Assembly (NCBI GenBank): GCA_949288455.1
Contig: CASEKF010000042.1
Span: forward strand, 52,977-116,976
DNA from: an uncultured bacterium
Lineage (GTDB): Bacteria; Vulcanimicrobiota; CADAWZ01
Direction: 5' to 3'
DNA length: 64,000 nucleotides
Shown here piece by piece: positions 1 to 10,959 of this stretch (the first letter of the stretch is position 1; each line of letters starts with the position of its first letter). The notes beneath the pieces were generated by a model. It worked only from the letters and a program-made list of their open reading frames with translations, made no database searches and was not told the origin of the DNA. Made by a program: the position numbers and the translations under genes.

Positions 1-1586
1 TTCTGTACATGCAAACGGTACTCCGAGCTCTTGCGATTAATATGGCGCAGAGCCTCCGCAACCACCTCGTCAATCAGTTCCGTGGATATATGCAGATTCA
101 TTCGTCCTTTTTCCAACCGACTGACAGACAGCAGATTTTCCACCAGGTTAATGAGCCACATGGCATCGTCATAGATATCTGTATACATCTGTTTCTTGGT
201 TTGTGCGTCAAATAAATCTCCATTGGAGAGCAGGTTGCTGGCATTTCCCGAAATAGATGTAAGAGGAGTACGCAGATCATGAGAAATGGAGCGAAGCAGA
301 TCGGCTCGAAGCTGTTCATTTTTAGCCAAAACCGCAGCGGCTTCTTTTTCTTCCAAATTTTTTTGGTTTTCCAGAGCAAGTGCAGATTCGCCTAAAACAG
401 AAAGAAGAATACTTGTTTCAAAGGAATCCAGCGGCTTATCGGATGAGGCAATGCCCACGACTCCATAAATCTGCTTTCCCGTCCGTATCGACAGATAGGT
501 ACAGCAGGAATCTGAAAGGTTTTCCGTTCCGGCTCCCGCCCGTTCGTTGTTTGTGATCACCCACTGGACTACTTCGCGCTCCTTCTCTGAGATATAACGC
601 TCCGGAGAAGCCGTACTGTTAGCAAGAAAGATTTCCGGCATCACAGGTTTTTCCTCCTGTATACGGTAGGCAATAATATCCCGTTGGAATATTTTTAATA
701 ACTGCTTTGCTGTTACTGAAATGATTTCTTCCTGTGTCCGAGCCTTTTGAAGATTCTGATTAGTTTCAAGAAGAAGCTTCGTACGCCAGGCCACCTGGGC
801 TGAGCGTTTGGCATGGGACTTAAGTTTGGATGCTAACGAACCCGTAAGCAGTGAAGCCAGGAACATGACAAAAAATGTAACCGGATAGCCGCTGTCATAG
901 GCGTGCAGAGAAAATCTGGGTTCCGTAAAAAATAAATTGAACGTAAGCACGCTGGCTAATGAAGCGATAAAACTGCAAACGGAACTCTTTGTGGATATGG
1001 AAACCAGCATAACGCCCAAAATATAAAGCGTAATAATGTTGGCTTCCGTAAAGCCTAAATGATAAAACAAAAATCCGATAACCGTAGCTAAAACAAGGAG
1101 CAACGCGATTTTTAACAAATCAAGAATTGACAAGGTCGGAAGACGTATGATTTCTCGATGCTTTGCGGCAAATCGATCGTTTGTTCCATTATCTGGAATG
1201 ATGTGAATGTCAAGTTCCGGGATCAGCTTAATAAGCCGATCGGTTAAGTATGGCTTCCGGAACGGCATGCGATGCGATATCCCGCTCTGCCCAAGCACAA
1301 TTTTCGTGACCCCAGACAGGCGCGAGAATTCTGCGATTTGATACGCAATATCATCGCCATAAATGGTTTCGAAGGATGCCCCCAGTTGCTGCGCCAGATG
1401 AATATTGTTCTGGAGTCGTTCTTTATCCGTCTGGGATATCCGCTGAAATTCTTTCGTTTCCACAAAGAGAGCAGTCAATCCGCAGCGGAAAGCGCTTGCC
1501 ATCCGTACTGCTGTGCGTATAATTTTCTCATTGGAAGGAGCGGAAGAAAGGCATACCAGAATATGCTCGTGCGTACGGTATCCCAT
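1..1586 (-). CDS. KdpD-like sensor histidine kinase paralog (Usp-like/TM/GAF/HisKA-HATPase part); 3' end runs off window edge
   Basis: Minus-strand frame 2 hand-translates to ...MGYRTHEHILVCLSSAPSNEKIIRTAVRMASAFRCGLTALFVETKE... (~1500-1586), ...YDSGYPVTFFVMFLASLLTG... (~841-899) and ...LRADLLRSISHDLRTPLTSISGNASNL... (~270-330). These are collinear with KdpD at 7675-10353 (GEHILICLSSAPSNAKVIRTAARMAEAF / NDPGYPVTFLIMLF / LQADLLRAVSHDLQTPLTNI). No stop was seen before position 1. The ORF track omits it because it lacks an in-window stop. A Met at 1584-1586 is a possible restart. Confidence 0.55.
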   Translation of the reverse strand, partial: MGYRTHEHILVCLSSAPSNEKIIRTAVRMASAFRCGLTALFVETKEFQRISQTDKERLQNNIHLAQQLGASFETIYGDDIAYQIAEFSRLSGVTKIVLGQSGISHRMPFRKPYLTDRLIKLIPELDIHIIPDNGTNDRFAAKHREIIRLPTLSILDLLKIALLLVLATVIGFLFYHLGFTEANIITLYILGVMLVSISTKSSVCSFIASLASVLTFNLFFTEPRFSLHAYDSGYPVTFFVMFLASLLTGSLASKLKSHAKRSAQVAWRTKLLLETNQNLQKARTQEEIISVTAKQLLKIFQRDIIAYRIQEEKPVMPEIFLANSTASPERYISEKEREVVQWVITNNERAGAGTENLSDSCCTYLSIRTGKQIYGVVGIASSDKPLDSFETSILLSVLGESALALENQKNLEEKEAAAVLAKNEQLRADLLRSISHDLRTPLTSISGNASNLLSNGDLFDAQTKKQMYTDIYDDAMWLINLVENLLSVSRLEKGRMNLHISTELIDEVVAEALRHINRKSSEYRLHVQ

Positions 1587-1959
1587 CCTGTTCTGGGAAC
1601 TGTGGGCATATAAATCCGCTCTGTCTGTACAACGCCGCAACGCGACCTCCTGCAGTGCGCTTAATTAGTGTATAGTCGGAAAGCAACCCGCTCTTATTCC
1701 GATCAAGCATACGCTGACGCAATCTTTCCGACGCAATATAAATAAACTCTATTTTCAGCCGACAATTTAGTTTTGATGCCGCCATTCGCAGAAAAGCAAG
1801 CAAATGATTACATCTATTACCGCCTGTTTGGACGTTTCGGTTATCTTCGACATTGAATGGTTTGTGTCGCTCTGGAAAACAATTGGCAAAAATGGTGAGT
1901 CTACTTGCAGGCTGCTTAGAACGTGCGCCTCTACTTACTATATCTTCCTTTTCAAGCAA
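1528..1959 (-). pseudogene. Degraded remnant of the KdpD N-terminal (KdpD/Usp-OKCHK) domain, frameshifted relative to the downstream kinase ORF
   Basis: The ORF product ...FIYIASERLRQRMLDRNKS...RTAGGRVAAL resembles KdpD ...LAALREIAMRRTADQLNRTALQEG. Homology switches to the +1 frame near 1590-1600 and to other frames upstream (~1800-1960, NVQTGG vs TVNVQHL). The in-frame upstream stop is TAA near 1660. Confidence 0.4.
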
Positions 1960-2635
1960 ATGTATTATAGCATGATTTTACGCTCTCTGTCCACGGAAGT
2001 GACGAATAAATGACAGTAGCAAATTTTGGTTATCGCTGTTTTTCCATATTTGCCTGAGTCGTTGTTTCGTTTGCGCACTCCGATTGAAAAAGCTCGTTTT
2101 TCCCCCGCGCCGAAAAATCGCGAAAGCGCCCGACTATTGTAATCGGAACGCAGCGAATGACGGCTCCGCAAAGTGTGTTTTTACGACCAAGACCAAAATA
2201 TTTTTTCATCATATACAGCTAAATAAAAAGGCTAGTGAAAATGCGATAATTGCCGTACAGATACGGAGTTTGCAAAATCCCATAAAACTCGTGACGCAAC
2301 GTAAATTTTTCAATTGAGGTGTCCATAATGGTTTTAAACGAGAGACGCTTTTTAAACGTAATCGACATATTTGTGTTATCTTTATGGCCCGATGATAACA
2401 TACGGAATTAAAACCTGGAAAAAGATTGAATATATGACATCAGTGTTTTCTGCATTGCATATAAGCGCAAACCGGCTGAACAGAAAAACAACCGAAAGAT
2501 CAATTCTTTTAAGAACCGCTAAACTGACAAATGCCACTTGCTCCGGTTTGGAGACCATTTGCAGACGCCTATTAATTATTCGTTCAGATTCAGACAGGGG
2601 CAGATGTTTTTTAACGATTGAGGGAACAGCGCCCC

Positions 2636-3310
2636 TTATTTGTCCTTATTCTCCAGAAGGCCCATTGCCTCGGCAATATCTAAATTTACGCCGATAACAT
2701 TGACGGTTTCTTCGCCGAAAACACCTAAAAATTTACCTTTTGTGTTATCCTGAACGATCTGTTCCAGTTTTTCCACTCTCAGACCGGAAGAAGCCGCCAA
2801 CGCAGGAATTTGAATACGGGCAGACGCAGGGGTAATGTGCGGATCCAGTCCGGAACCGGAAGCGGTCATCAAATCAGCGGGAATATTTTCCCGCTTTACG
2901 TCTGGATTAGCTTCCAAAAACGATTGGATGTCAGCTTCGACCCGTTCGGCCAATTCCGGATTGGAAGGCGCATAGTTGTTGGAACCTGAGCTGAGTCCGG
3001 CAAACCTGCTGCCGTCATTGTAGTATTTATTGCCCTGTTCATCCTCATAATAGGTGTTATAGTTGTAAGCCGAGGGGCGACCTTTCATGAAATAGGGCTC
3101 GGTGAAATCCTGCCCTATATATGCTGACCCCACTGCCTGTCCGTTTATATAGATCAGGCTGCCATTGGCTTGACTGGGGAAAAGCACCATGGAAATGCCG
3201 CTGAGCAATACGGGAAATACAAAACCGCAGAGCAGCAACAGTATCAATGTTACTACCAAAGACTGACGCAAACCGTGCAGAAATGCGTTTTTGTTTGTTG
3301 GTTCGTTCAT
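2636..3310 (-). CDS. kdpC: K+-transporting ATPase subunit C
   Basis: 224 aa with an N-terminal TM helix, directly downstream of kdpB. The length and position are typical of KdpC. Confidence 0.85.
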   Translation of the reverse strand: MNEPTNKNAFLHGLRQSLVVTLILLLLCGFVFPVLLSGISMVLFPSQANGSLIYINGQAVGSAYIGQDFTEPYFMKGRPSAYNYNTYYEDEQGNKYYNDGSRFAGLSSGSNNYAPSNPELAERVEADIQSFLEANPDVKRENIPADLMTASGSGLDPHITPASARIQIPALAASSGLRVEKLEQIVQDNTKGKFLGVFGEETVNVIGVNLDIAEAMGLLENKDK

Positions 3311-3324
3311 AATAAGAGACCTCC

Positions 3325-5376
3325 TTAGATACCGATTGCTGTCAGTATGGGAGCAATGATAGTATCAATGATTTTGATTCCGATAAAGGGAGTGATGACT
3401 CCGCCAAGGCCATAGATCATCATATTTCGAGCCAATATTTTTTCAGAAGACATAGGACGGTATTTAACGCCTTTCATCGCCAGAGGGATCAAGCAGGGAA
3501 TGATTATCGCGTTAAAGATCAATGCGGACAGGATCGCGCTGTTTTGTGTGCTCAGCTGCATGATATTCAAAACCCCCACTTGAGGAATAATTGCCATAAA
3601 CATAGCAGGAATAATCGCAAAATACTTTGCAATATCATTTGCTATGGAGAAGGTGGTAAGAGAGCCGCGGGTGATGAGCAGCTGTTTGCCGATTTCCACT
3701 ACCTCCAGGATCTTGGTGGGGTCAGAGTCCAGATCCACCATATTGGCGGCTTCCTTAGCCGCGGTAGTGCCGGAATTCATGGCAAGGCCTACGTTTGCCT
3801 GGGCAAGAGCGGGAGCGTCGTTGGTGCCATCTCCGGTCATGGCAACGATTTTCCCTTCTGCTTGCTCCTTTTTGATGACGCTGATCTTATCTTCCGGCTT
3901 ACACTCGGCAATAAAGCCGTCCACGCCGGCCTCTTTGGCGATGGTGGCTGCGGTCAGGGGATTATCGCCTGTACACATAATGGTCTTGATGCCGATCGCG
4001 CGCAGACGTTCAAAACGTTCTACCATGCCGGGCTTTACGGTGTCTTTCAAATAAATAACGCCAAGAGCCTGATTGTTTTGGCATACAACCAGAGGGGTTC
4101 CCCCAAGCGAAGAAACCGTCTCTACATGGGCATGCAGATCAGCGGGTACTTTTCCGCCCTGAGACGTAACATATTGCTCAATAGCGTCCGAGGCTCCTTT
4201 ACGAACCTTGGTGCCATCAGGTAGATCCACGCCGCTCATGCGAGTTTGGGCTGTAAATTCCATAAAGGAAGAGCCCGGAATCTCCTCGCTGTTGTCGCCC
4301 AGACTGCGTGCCAGTTCCAGAGTGGATTTACCCTCGGGAGTTTCATCATGAAGACTGGTCAGAGCCGCACAGCGGATAAGGTCGCTGCGGTTTACCCCTT
4401 TTACGGGGAAAAAATCAGCGGCCAGACGGTTCCCGAAGGTAATGGTGCCGGTCTTATCCAAAATCATAGTGTCCACATCGCCGCAGGCTTCAACCGCTTT
4501 ACCGGACATAGCGAATACATTAAAACGGTTTACTCGGTCAATGCCGGCAATGCCGATGGCGGAAAGAAGACCGCCGATGGTGGTAGGGATCAGACAAACC
4601 ATCAGAGCGATCAAGGTGGACACTGGCAGCTGAATTCCGCAATACATTCCAATAGGGTACAAGGTGACAATAACAATCAGGAAAATAATTGTCAGGGAAA
4701 TGAGAAGCGTATTTAAAGCGATTTCGTTGGGAGTTTTTTTTCGAGATGCCCCTTCCACCAGAGCAATCATCCGATTTAAAAAGCTGTTGCCGGGATCAGA
4801 GGTGATGCGGATTTTCAGCCAGTCAGACACCACCGTAGTGCCGCCCGTAACTGAGCTGAAGTCTCCGCCGCTTTCACGAACTACGGGAGCAGACTCTCCG
4901 GTGATCGCCGATTCGTCCACTGACGCGATACCTTCGATAACCTCTCCGTCTCCGGGAATGATCTCGCCTGCCATTACTATAACGATGTCGTCCTTTTTCA
5001 GGTCTCCGGAAGAAACTAGAGTTTTGTTGCCGTCTCGATCCAACAGATGGGCTTCGGTATTTTTCTGGGTCTTCTTAAGGCTGGCGGCCTGAGCCTTACC
5101 ACGCCCCTCTGCCACTGATTCTGCAAAATTAGCAAACAGCACTGTCGCCAGCAGAATGATGGAAACAATCAAATTATACGTTCGCAGGCCGGTATCGCTT
5201 TCTCCAAATAGCCCTGGCACAATTGTCAACGTCAACGTAATAATGAAGCCAATTTCCACTACGAACATGACCGGGTTCTTGAACATATATCGGGGATCCA
5301 GTTTTTTTACCGAACCGACGATAGCCTGTTTTAGGATCTCTGGAGTCAGCAGCTTTTTATTTTTTCTTTTAGTCAT
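3325..5376 (-). CDS. kdpB: K+-transporting P-type ATPase subunit B
   Basis: 683 aa. P-type ATPase motifs [16 protein letters not shown] and [10 protein letters not shown] are present, and the length is typical of KdpB. Confidence 0.95.
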   Translation of the reverse strand: MTKRKNKKLLTPEILKQAIVGSVKKLDPRYMFKNPVMFVVEIGFIITLTLTIVPGLFGESDTGLRTYNLIVSIILLATVLFANFAESVAEGRGKAQAASLKKTQKNTEAHLLDRDGNKTLVSSGDLKKDDIVIVMAGEIIPGDGEVIEGIASVDESAITGESAPVVRESGGDFSSVTGGTTVVSDWLKIRITSDPGNSFLNRMIALVEGASRKKTPNEIALNTLLISLTIIFLIVIVTLYPIGMYCGIQLPVSTLIALMVCLIPTTIGGLLSAIGIAGIDRVNRFNVFAMSGKAVEACGDVDTMILDKTGTITFGNRLAADFFPVKGVNRSDLIRCAALTSLHDETPEGKSTLELARSLGDNSEEIPGSSFMEFTAQTRMSGVDLPDGTKVRKGASDAIEQYVTSQGGKVPADLHAHVETVSSLGGTPLVVCQNNQALGVIYLKDTVKPGMVERFERLRAIGIKTIMCTGDNPLTAATIAKEAGVDGFIAECKPEDKISVIKKEQAEGKIVAMTGDGTNDAPALAQANVGLAMNSGTTAAKEAANMVDLDSDPTKILEVVEIGKQLLITRGSLTTFSIANDIAKYFAIIPAMFMAIIPQVGVLNIMQLSTQNSAILSALIFNAIIIPCLIPLAMKGVKYRPMSSEKILARNMMIYGLGGVITPFIGIKIIDTIIAPILTAIGI

Positions 5377-5392
5377 AGTACGAAAATCCTCC

Positions 5393-7150
5393 TTAGCCCA
5401 AAAGGGTCAGATGTTCAGCAATGGGGCCCAGTACCAGCGCAGGGAAGAAGGTCAGAGCGGCAAAGATGTACACCACGAACACAAGAATTACGGCAAAACC
5501 GACAGATCCGGTACTCAGCGTGCCGGTAGACTCGTTTACATAATTTTTTTTCATTAGCGAGCCTGCGATAGCCAATTGAATCACGATAGGCAGATACCGT
5601 CCCAGGAACATGACAATGCCGGTTGTAATATTCCAGAAATAGGTATTATCTGCCAATCCTTCAAATCCGGATCCGTTATTTGCTGCGGAAGAGGCGTATT
5701 CATACAACACTTGGCTCAAGCCATGAAAGCCGGGATTGGTAATGCCGGCTTGTCCCGCGGCCGTAGCCACTGCCAGTGCGGAGAAAGCCAGAATCAACAG
5801 AGGATGAATCATGATGGCCAATGCGGTAAGCTTCATCTCTCGGCCTTCGATTTTCTTGCCAAGATATTCGGGTGTACGTCCTACCATTAACCCGCAAATG
5901 AATACCGCCAGGATAGCGTACAAAATCATATTCATCAGGCCTACGCCTTTGCCGCCAAAGACACAGTTGAGCATCATGTGCAGCATCGGAACCATACCTC
6001 CCAGTGGCGTCAGCGTGTCATGCATATTGTTGACCGTACCTGTTGTGAAAGATGTAGTTACCGTGGTAAAGAGGGCGGATTGGGCGATGCCGAAGCGCAC
6101 CTCCTTGCCTTCCATATTGCCTTCAGACTGGTTGAGGCCAAGCTCAGCCAGAACCGGATTACCCTGCTGTTCTGCTCGGAAGCAAAGACTCAGGCCTGCC
6201 AGGAACAAAATTCCCATGCCCAAAAAGATGCTCCGTCCTTCTTTGCCGAATATTCTGGCAGTGATTCCTTCCCGACGAACAGGCGCGTTTCCCGGGGAGT
6301 TGCTCTCCTGATACCGGAGACGTCCGTCACTTAGCATCTTCCCAAAGGTAATGACGCAGGCGCCAGGCAACAGCATCATGGAATACAACTCGATCAGATT
6401 GGACAGGATTGTAGGATTCTCCATAGGGGTAGCGGAATTGCCGCCAAAAAAGCCGCCGCCATTGGTACCCAGATGCTTAATAATTTCAAGCGCCGCTACG
6501 GGACCCATCGCCAGGACTTGGAAGGTCCCCTCCATTGTTTGCACCACCACATTTTTCGAAAAGTTTTGAGGCACGCCCTGCCATACCAGCAACAATCCTC
6601 CTATCAGAGAGAAAGGCAGCAGTACTCGGGTAGTAATACGAACCAGATCGGCAAAAAAGTTTCCCACATTGTCCTTTGTCTTTCCGGCCAGCCCGCGGAT
6701 AAAAGCCATGCAGGCGGAGTAACCGCTGGCCGCAGAAACAAACATCATAAAGATAATGACCAGCATCTGAGACAGATAGCTCAAACCGCTTTCACCAGAG
6801 TAGTGCTGCAGATTGGTATTGGTCATAAAACTTATAATGGTATTGAAAGCCAGCGTGGGTTCCATTCCCTCAATACTATTGGGATTAAAGAGCGGGATGC
6901 TCTGGATACGGAGAAGAATGTAACCAATGGCGGTCATTACCGCATTTGTGCCAATAAGGGCCATGGCGTACTGTTTCCAGTTCATGCCCTTGTGGGGTTC
7001 TATTCCGCTTAACTTATAAATCGCCCCATCTACCCGATCAAATAAGGGATCGGCAAAGGTGCGTTTTTCTGCGGCGATATGATAAAGATACCGCCCTACC
7101 GGAATGACAAGGATCAGATAAATGATTAATGTCAGAACCAGCTGTATCAT
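5393..7150 (-). CDS. kdpA: K+-transporting ATPase subunit A
   Basis: Polytopic membrane protein of about 585 aa. Start reassigned to ATG 7148-7150 ([23 protein letters not shown]...), preceded by acaGGAGGactttcat. The 31-aa N-terminal extension in the ORF track overlaps kdpF. Confidence 0.9.
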   Translation of the reverse strand: MIQLVLTLIIYLILVIPVGRYLYHIAAEKRTFADPLFDRVDGAIYKLSGIEPHKGMNWKQYAMALIGTNAVMTAIGYILLRIQSIPLFNPNSIEGMEPTLAFNTIISFMTNTNLQHYSGESGLSYLSQMLVIIFMMFVSAASGYSACMAFIRGLAGKTKDNVGNFFADLVRITTRVLLPFSLIGGLLLVWQGVPQNFSKNVVVQTMEGTFQVLAMGPVAALEIIKHLGTNGGGFFGGNSATPMENPTILSNLIELYSMMLLPGACVITFGKMLSDGRLRYQESNSPGNAPVRREGITARIFGKEGRSIFLGMGILFLAGLSLCFRAEQQGNPVLAELGLNQSEGNMEGKEVRFGIAQSALFTTVTTSFTTGTVNNMHDTLTPLGGMVPMLHMMLNCVFGGKGVGLMNMILYAILAVFICGLMVGRTPEYLGKKIEGREMKLTALAIMIHPLLILAFSALAVATAAGQAGITNPGFHGLSQVLYEYASSAANNGSGFEGLADNTYFWNITTGIVMFLGRYLPIVIQLAIAGSLMKKNYVNESTGTLSTGSVGFAVILVFVVYIFAALTFFPALVLGPIAEHLTLLG

Positions 7151-7184
7151 ATGAAAGTCCTCCTGTACTGTTGTGTCCTCGACA

Positions 7185-7262
7185 TTAAAATCGCTCCGGA
7201 TGTACCAAGGCGTATAGCAGATATCCGCCCACCAGCAAAACAATAATTCCGAGCAAAATCAT
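7185..7262 (-). CDS. kdpF: K+-transporting ATPase subunit F (25 aa, MILLGIIVLLVGGYLLYALVHPERF)
   Basis: Hand translation of the minus strand immediately upstream of kdpA. GYLLYALVHPERF matches the KdpF consensus (E. coli GYLVYALINAEAF). An AGGAG is about 8 nt upstream. Confidence 0.6.
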   Translation of the reverse strand: MILLGIIVLLVGGYLLYALVHPERF

Positions 7263-7284
7263 ACTTTTCAACTCCTACTTTTTA

Positions 7285-7383
7285 TTATTCTTGTGAATTT
7301 ACCTGCCGCTGGCACCAATTCGCAAACGTCCAGACAAGGCCAAAAGCAACCGACAGGATTCCCGCCGTCAAACAATCCATCAT
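7285..7383 (-). CDS. Small hydrophobic peptide ORF (32 aa, MMDCLTAGILSVAFGLVWTFANWCQRQVNSQE) upstream of kdpF
   Basis: GAAAGGAG RBS lies 6 nt before the ATGATG. One predicted TM helix. Sits between the kdpD stop and kdpF. Below the size cut-off of the ORF track. Confidence 0.3.
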   Translation of the reverse strand: MMDCLTAGILSVAFGLVWTFANWCQRQVNSQE

Positions 7384-7674
7384 ATTCGGGCTCCTTTCAT
7401 TGATATAATTGATATAAATGATACCATTGCCGCATATGTAATGTGCTCAACGATAATCGTCAACGTATATTCCCCGATGATAACGTTGATTATAACTATG
7501 CGAAACGACATATACTTGCCGCAAGATCTTTATTCTTTCGCAGTTGACAGGCAAGTGATATATGCAATCTCTCTTTTGAGCTTATAGCATACCACAATCT
7601 GTAATAAGCGGGGATTAAGGAAGATAACGGGATATTAACAGGAGATTAATATTTTCCCATTTTATTTCAGCAAA

Positions 7675-10353
7675 CTATTTTACTTTGTCCGGAAAAACCA
7701 GCGGAAGCGTAAACTGGAATGTAGTTCCAGTCGGCAGATGATCCAAAACGGCAATTTCTCCTCCATGTATCGCGACAATAGATTGACAGAGGCTGAGTCC
7801 GAGTCCCAGGCCTCTTTGACAATCCGTCTTTTCTTGCCCCGCAGTGTAAAATAAATTGAACAAATGCTTTTTTGCATTATCTGGAATGCCCGGACCGTCA
7901 TCCGTGACGCTGATTTGCACAACTTGTCCTTTTTGTACGGCGCGTAGTTCAATATTTGATCCTTTAGGCGTGTATTGAATTGCGTTGTTCATTATATTGA
8001 TCAAAACTCGCTGGATAAGTGTCGCATTCATCATAGCCATGCGTGCGTTATCATCCAGATGTACCGATATGCGGTGTTCTTCCGCTCTGTGATCCAGATG
8101 TGAGACTGTATTCCGAAAAAGAGCTTCTATCGGTTCTGCGCTCATTTTGAACGATTCCTTATCTGTTTCCAGCCGAGTGGCTGCCAACAAATTTTCTGCC
8201 ATGTTAATCAGCCAGTTTGTATCGTCATAAATGGCCATGTAGAGTTTTTTCCTGATTGCGGGATCCGGCGTCGACTCTTCTTGCATAAGCGCATCGGTAC
8301 TGTTTTTGATATTTGTAAGCGGCGTTTGTAAATCATGGGAAACTGCGCGAAGCAAATCCGCTTGCAGTCTCTCTTTTTGTATTTGCAGCGCTGCTTTATT
8401 ACGCTCTTCCTGTAGTCGGATGCGTTCCTGGCTGAGACCACATGCACTTAAAATAGCAGTCATCAGGTTTTTTTCAAAGGCATCTGGGATGGAGTAACCT
8501 GCAATTGGAATGCCTACAATCCCCATAACGCCTTGCGTGCCTCTGACCGAGAGAAAGAGCAATTTAGCGTCCGGCAGAGTATTTGTGGTCGCGCCGGCAT
8601 GTTTATTGTTTCTTTGTACCCACTTGGCCACCCCGATTTCTTCGGAACTCAACTCGGCTAAAATCTTCTCTTCATCGGATGGCTCTACTCGAAATGCCAA
8701 CTCTTTTTCCGATTCACTTAAGGTATAGAGAATGGGACGATCAAAAAGTCGATTTAATTGTTCCGCAGTCAACCTAAGGCAATCCCATTCGGTTCGCCCT
8801 TGTTGCAGTTTTTGACTACTTCCAAAAAGCAATTCCGTATAATAGCTCTTTTGCGCCGCTAAGCTGGCCTGTGCCTTTACACGGCTGGCCAGCGAGCTCG
8901 CAATAACGCTGGAAAAAAGCATAATCAGAAATGTTACGGGATAACCGGGGTCATTGGCTTGAAAGGAAAAGCGAGGTTCTGTAAAAAGAAAATTGAAAGC
9001 GGCGACGCCAAGGAGAGACTCAATTGCGCCATAAAAATGGCCGTTTGTCCAAACTGCGGTAATCAGAACGCCCAAAATGTAAACGGTTATAATGTTTGAT
9101 TCGCTGAATCCGGCATAATAAAACCCATATCCGGCAATTGAAGAAAATATTAAAGAGGCCAGCATAATGCCTGTATCTTTCCATGTAAAACGCGCTTTTG
9201 GAACACGAAGCTTTCCAAGAGGCTGTTTATATAGCGGCTGGTGATCTGGAATAATGTATATATCCAGATCTGTTCGTTCAATCAGACGATCAGCCAGACT
9301 TTTTTGCCCCATAATCGGGTTTTGTTTATGATTGATGCGGCCCATAACAATTTTCGTTACGCCACTGACTCGAGCATATTCCGCAATCTGTACTGCCGGG
9401 TCAGTCCCGTATACCGTAGAAATTTGTGCTCCCAACTGTTCCGCAAGGCGCAGGTTGCTGCGCAGGCGCTTCAAATTTTCGCCGGATAATTCCTTTGTTT
9501 CCGGCGTCTGCACAAACAATGCTGTAAAACCGCTGTGAAAGGCTTCTGCCATTCGTGCGGCGGTTCGGATCACTTTTGCATTGGAAGGTGCAGACGAAAG
9601 GCAAATCAAGATATGTTCTCCGGCTTTTGCGCTCTTTTTCTTTCCCTCCTGCAATGCAGTTCGGTTTAGTTGATCTGCCGTACGTCGCATAGCGATTTCA
9701 CGCAAAGCGGCCAGATTTTCTGTGGTAAAAAAGTTCTGAAGCGCCTGAGCAGCCTGGAGCTCCCTGTAGACTTTTCCCATCTGAAGGCGTTTTACCAGCT
9801 CGTTCGGCTCAATATCAACCAGTTCGACTTGATTTGCTCGGTCAAAAATATGATCCGGGATTCGCTCGTTGACTGTAATACCTGTGATGGAGGATACCAA
9901 ATCGTTTAGCGACTCTAAATGCTGCACATTAACCGTGGTATAGACGTTGATTCCAGCTTGAAGCAGTTCTTCTATATCCTGATACCGTTTGGTATGCCGG
10001 CACCCTTGGGCATTATTATGGGCCAATTCGTCTACCAGAATGATTTCTGGTCTTCTTTGCAACGCTCGATCCAGATCAAATTCTTTCAGCTTAATTCCGC
10101 GATAGTCAATCTCTTTGCAAGGCAAAATCTCCAGCCCATCCAAGAGAGCCAATGTATCTGCTCTGGCATGCGGTTCCACATAGCCCGCCACAATATCTGC
10201 GCCCTCTTTTTTAGCCTGATGGGCCGCCTCCAGCATGGCGTAAGTTTTACCTACGCCCGCTGCATAGCCAAAAAAGATTTTTAGCTTTCCGGCAAGGATC
10301 GTACCGTCCGCATCTATCTTGACGCCTGACCTTGTCTGCTGCGTTCTATCCAT
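7675..10353 (-). CDS. kdpD: Full-length osmosensitive K+ channel sensor histidine kinase KdpD
   Basis: 892 aa. N-terminal P-loop (GYAAGVGKTYAM), Usp-like region, 4 TM helices, GAF domain, H-box SHDLQTPL and HATPase (DDGPGIP). Confidence 0.9.
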   Translation of the reverse strand: MDRTQQTRSGVKIDADGTILAGKLKIFFGYAAGVGKTYAMLEAAHQAKKEGADIVAGYVEPHARADTLALLDGLEILPCKEIDYRGIKLKEFDLDRALQRRPEIILVDELAHNNAQGCRHTKRYQDIEELLQAGINVYTTVNVQHLESLNDLVSSITGITVNERIPDHIFDRANQVELVDIEPNELVKRLQMGKVYRELQAAQALQNFFTTENLAALREIAMRRTADQLNRTALQEGKKKSAKAGEHILICLSSAPSNAKVIRTAARMAEAFHSGFTALFVQTPETKELSGENLKRLRSNLRLAEQLGAQISTVYGTDPAVQIAEYARVSGVTKIVMGRINHKQNPIMGQKSLADRLIERTDLDIYIIPDHQPLYKQPLGKLRVPKARFTWKDTGIMLASLIFSSIAGYGFYYAGFSESNIITVYILGVLITAVWTNGHFYGAIESLLGVAAFNFLFTEPRFSFQANDPGYPVTFLIMLFSSVIASSLASRVKAQASLAAQKSYYTELLFGSSQKLQQGRTEWDCLRLTAEQLNRLFDRPILYTLSESEKELAFRVEPSDEEKILAELSSEEIGVAKWVQRNNKHAGATTNTLPDAKLLFLSVRGTQGVMGIVGIPIAGYSIPDAFEKNLMTAILSACGLSQERIRLQEERNKAALQIQKERLQADLLRAVSHDLQTPLTNIKNSTDALMQEESTPDPAIRKKLYMAIYDDTNWLINMAENLLAATRLETDKESFKMSAEPIEALFRNTVSHLDHRAEEHRISVHLDDNARMAMMNATLIQRVLINIMNNAIQYTPKGSNIELRAVQKGQVVQISVTDDGPGIPDNAKKHLFNLFYTAGQEKTDCQRGLGLGLSLCQSIVAIHGGEIAVLDHLPTGTTFQFTLPLVFPDKVK

Positions 10354-10764
10354 GGTTTTTTTCTCCTATAATAACGGTCTGCGGTATACATGAGTGTTTA
10401 TATCATACCATGCGGAATACTATAAAATAATAAAAAATTGCCTGAGCGTATTAAGAACAAATAAAGATATATACAACTAAAACAGGCCGAATCTCTCTGT
10501 TTTCAAACGGTATCCGGCTTGTAAAAAATAATATTGGATTGAACTATCAATCAAGCGTTTCCTGTGAATTTATTTAGAAGTCTGTCATGACAGAAAAAGA
10601 GATTTTCATCTTGAAAAAAATATTATAAGGCTGGATTTATAGTATTACATCTTTCTATAACTCATTTTTCCCGATTATACTCATTATTATTCCCCTTTCG
10701 TTAATATAATATTGTTTATTTTATGTTAATATTAAATACGGAAATATATTATTTTTTGATTTTA

Positions 10765-10793
10765 TTGACACGTAGTGAAGTCGATTTTATTAT
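10765..10793 (+). promoter_or_regulatory. Sigma70-like promoter candidate (TTGACA-17-TATTAT) in the AT-rich spacer upstream of the Gly/Ala-rich gene pair
   Basis: TTGACA at 10765-10770, a 17-nt spacer, then TATTAT at 10788-10793. The first downstream ATG with an RBS is at 10960. Confidence 0.3.
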
Positions 10794-10959
10794 TCGTATC
10801 ATTTGACTGCGTTTATTTAAGCGCTATATTAACTATTGCGAAATTTGTTCATATTTTTTTAACAGCCTATATCTCCCGATATTTTTTACAATTTGTTATA
10901 ATAATATCAAGTTATTTAAGCGTGCTTATTTGGCGGTTTTTATAAGAGGTAATATAATA

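Noticed and set aside
98-379. 93-aa minus ORF and 9-215 / 286-468 plus ORFs at the left edge
   Set aside because: They overlap the open KdpD-like kinase frame (minus frame 2), which hand-translates to a clean HisKA/HATPase sequence. These are alternative-frame artefacts.
1244-1613. ORFs 1244-1465 (-) and 1272-1613 (+)
   Set aside because: They are out of frame with, or antisense to, the KdpD-like reading frame, and their products have no similarity to anything recognisable.
3544-5092. Several plus-strand ORFs (226, 136, 156 and 142 aa) inside kdpB
   Set aside because: Antisense to a confidently identified P-type ATPase gene. No RBS or motifs.
5576-7012. Plus-strand ORFs of 104-179 aa inside kdpA
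   Set aside because: Antisense to kdpA, with low-complexity Arg/Pro-rich translations typical of spurious frames.
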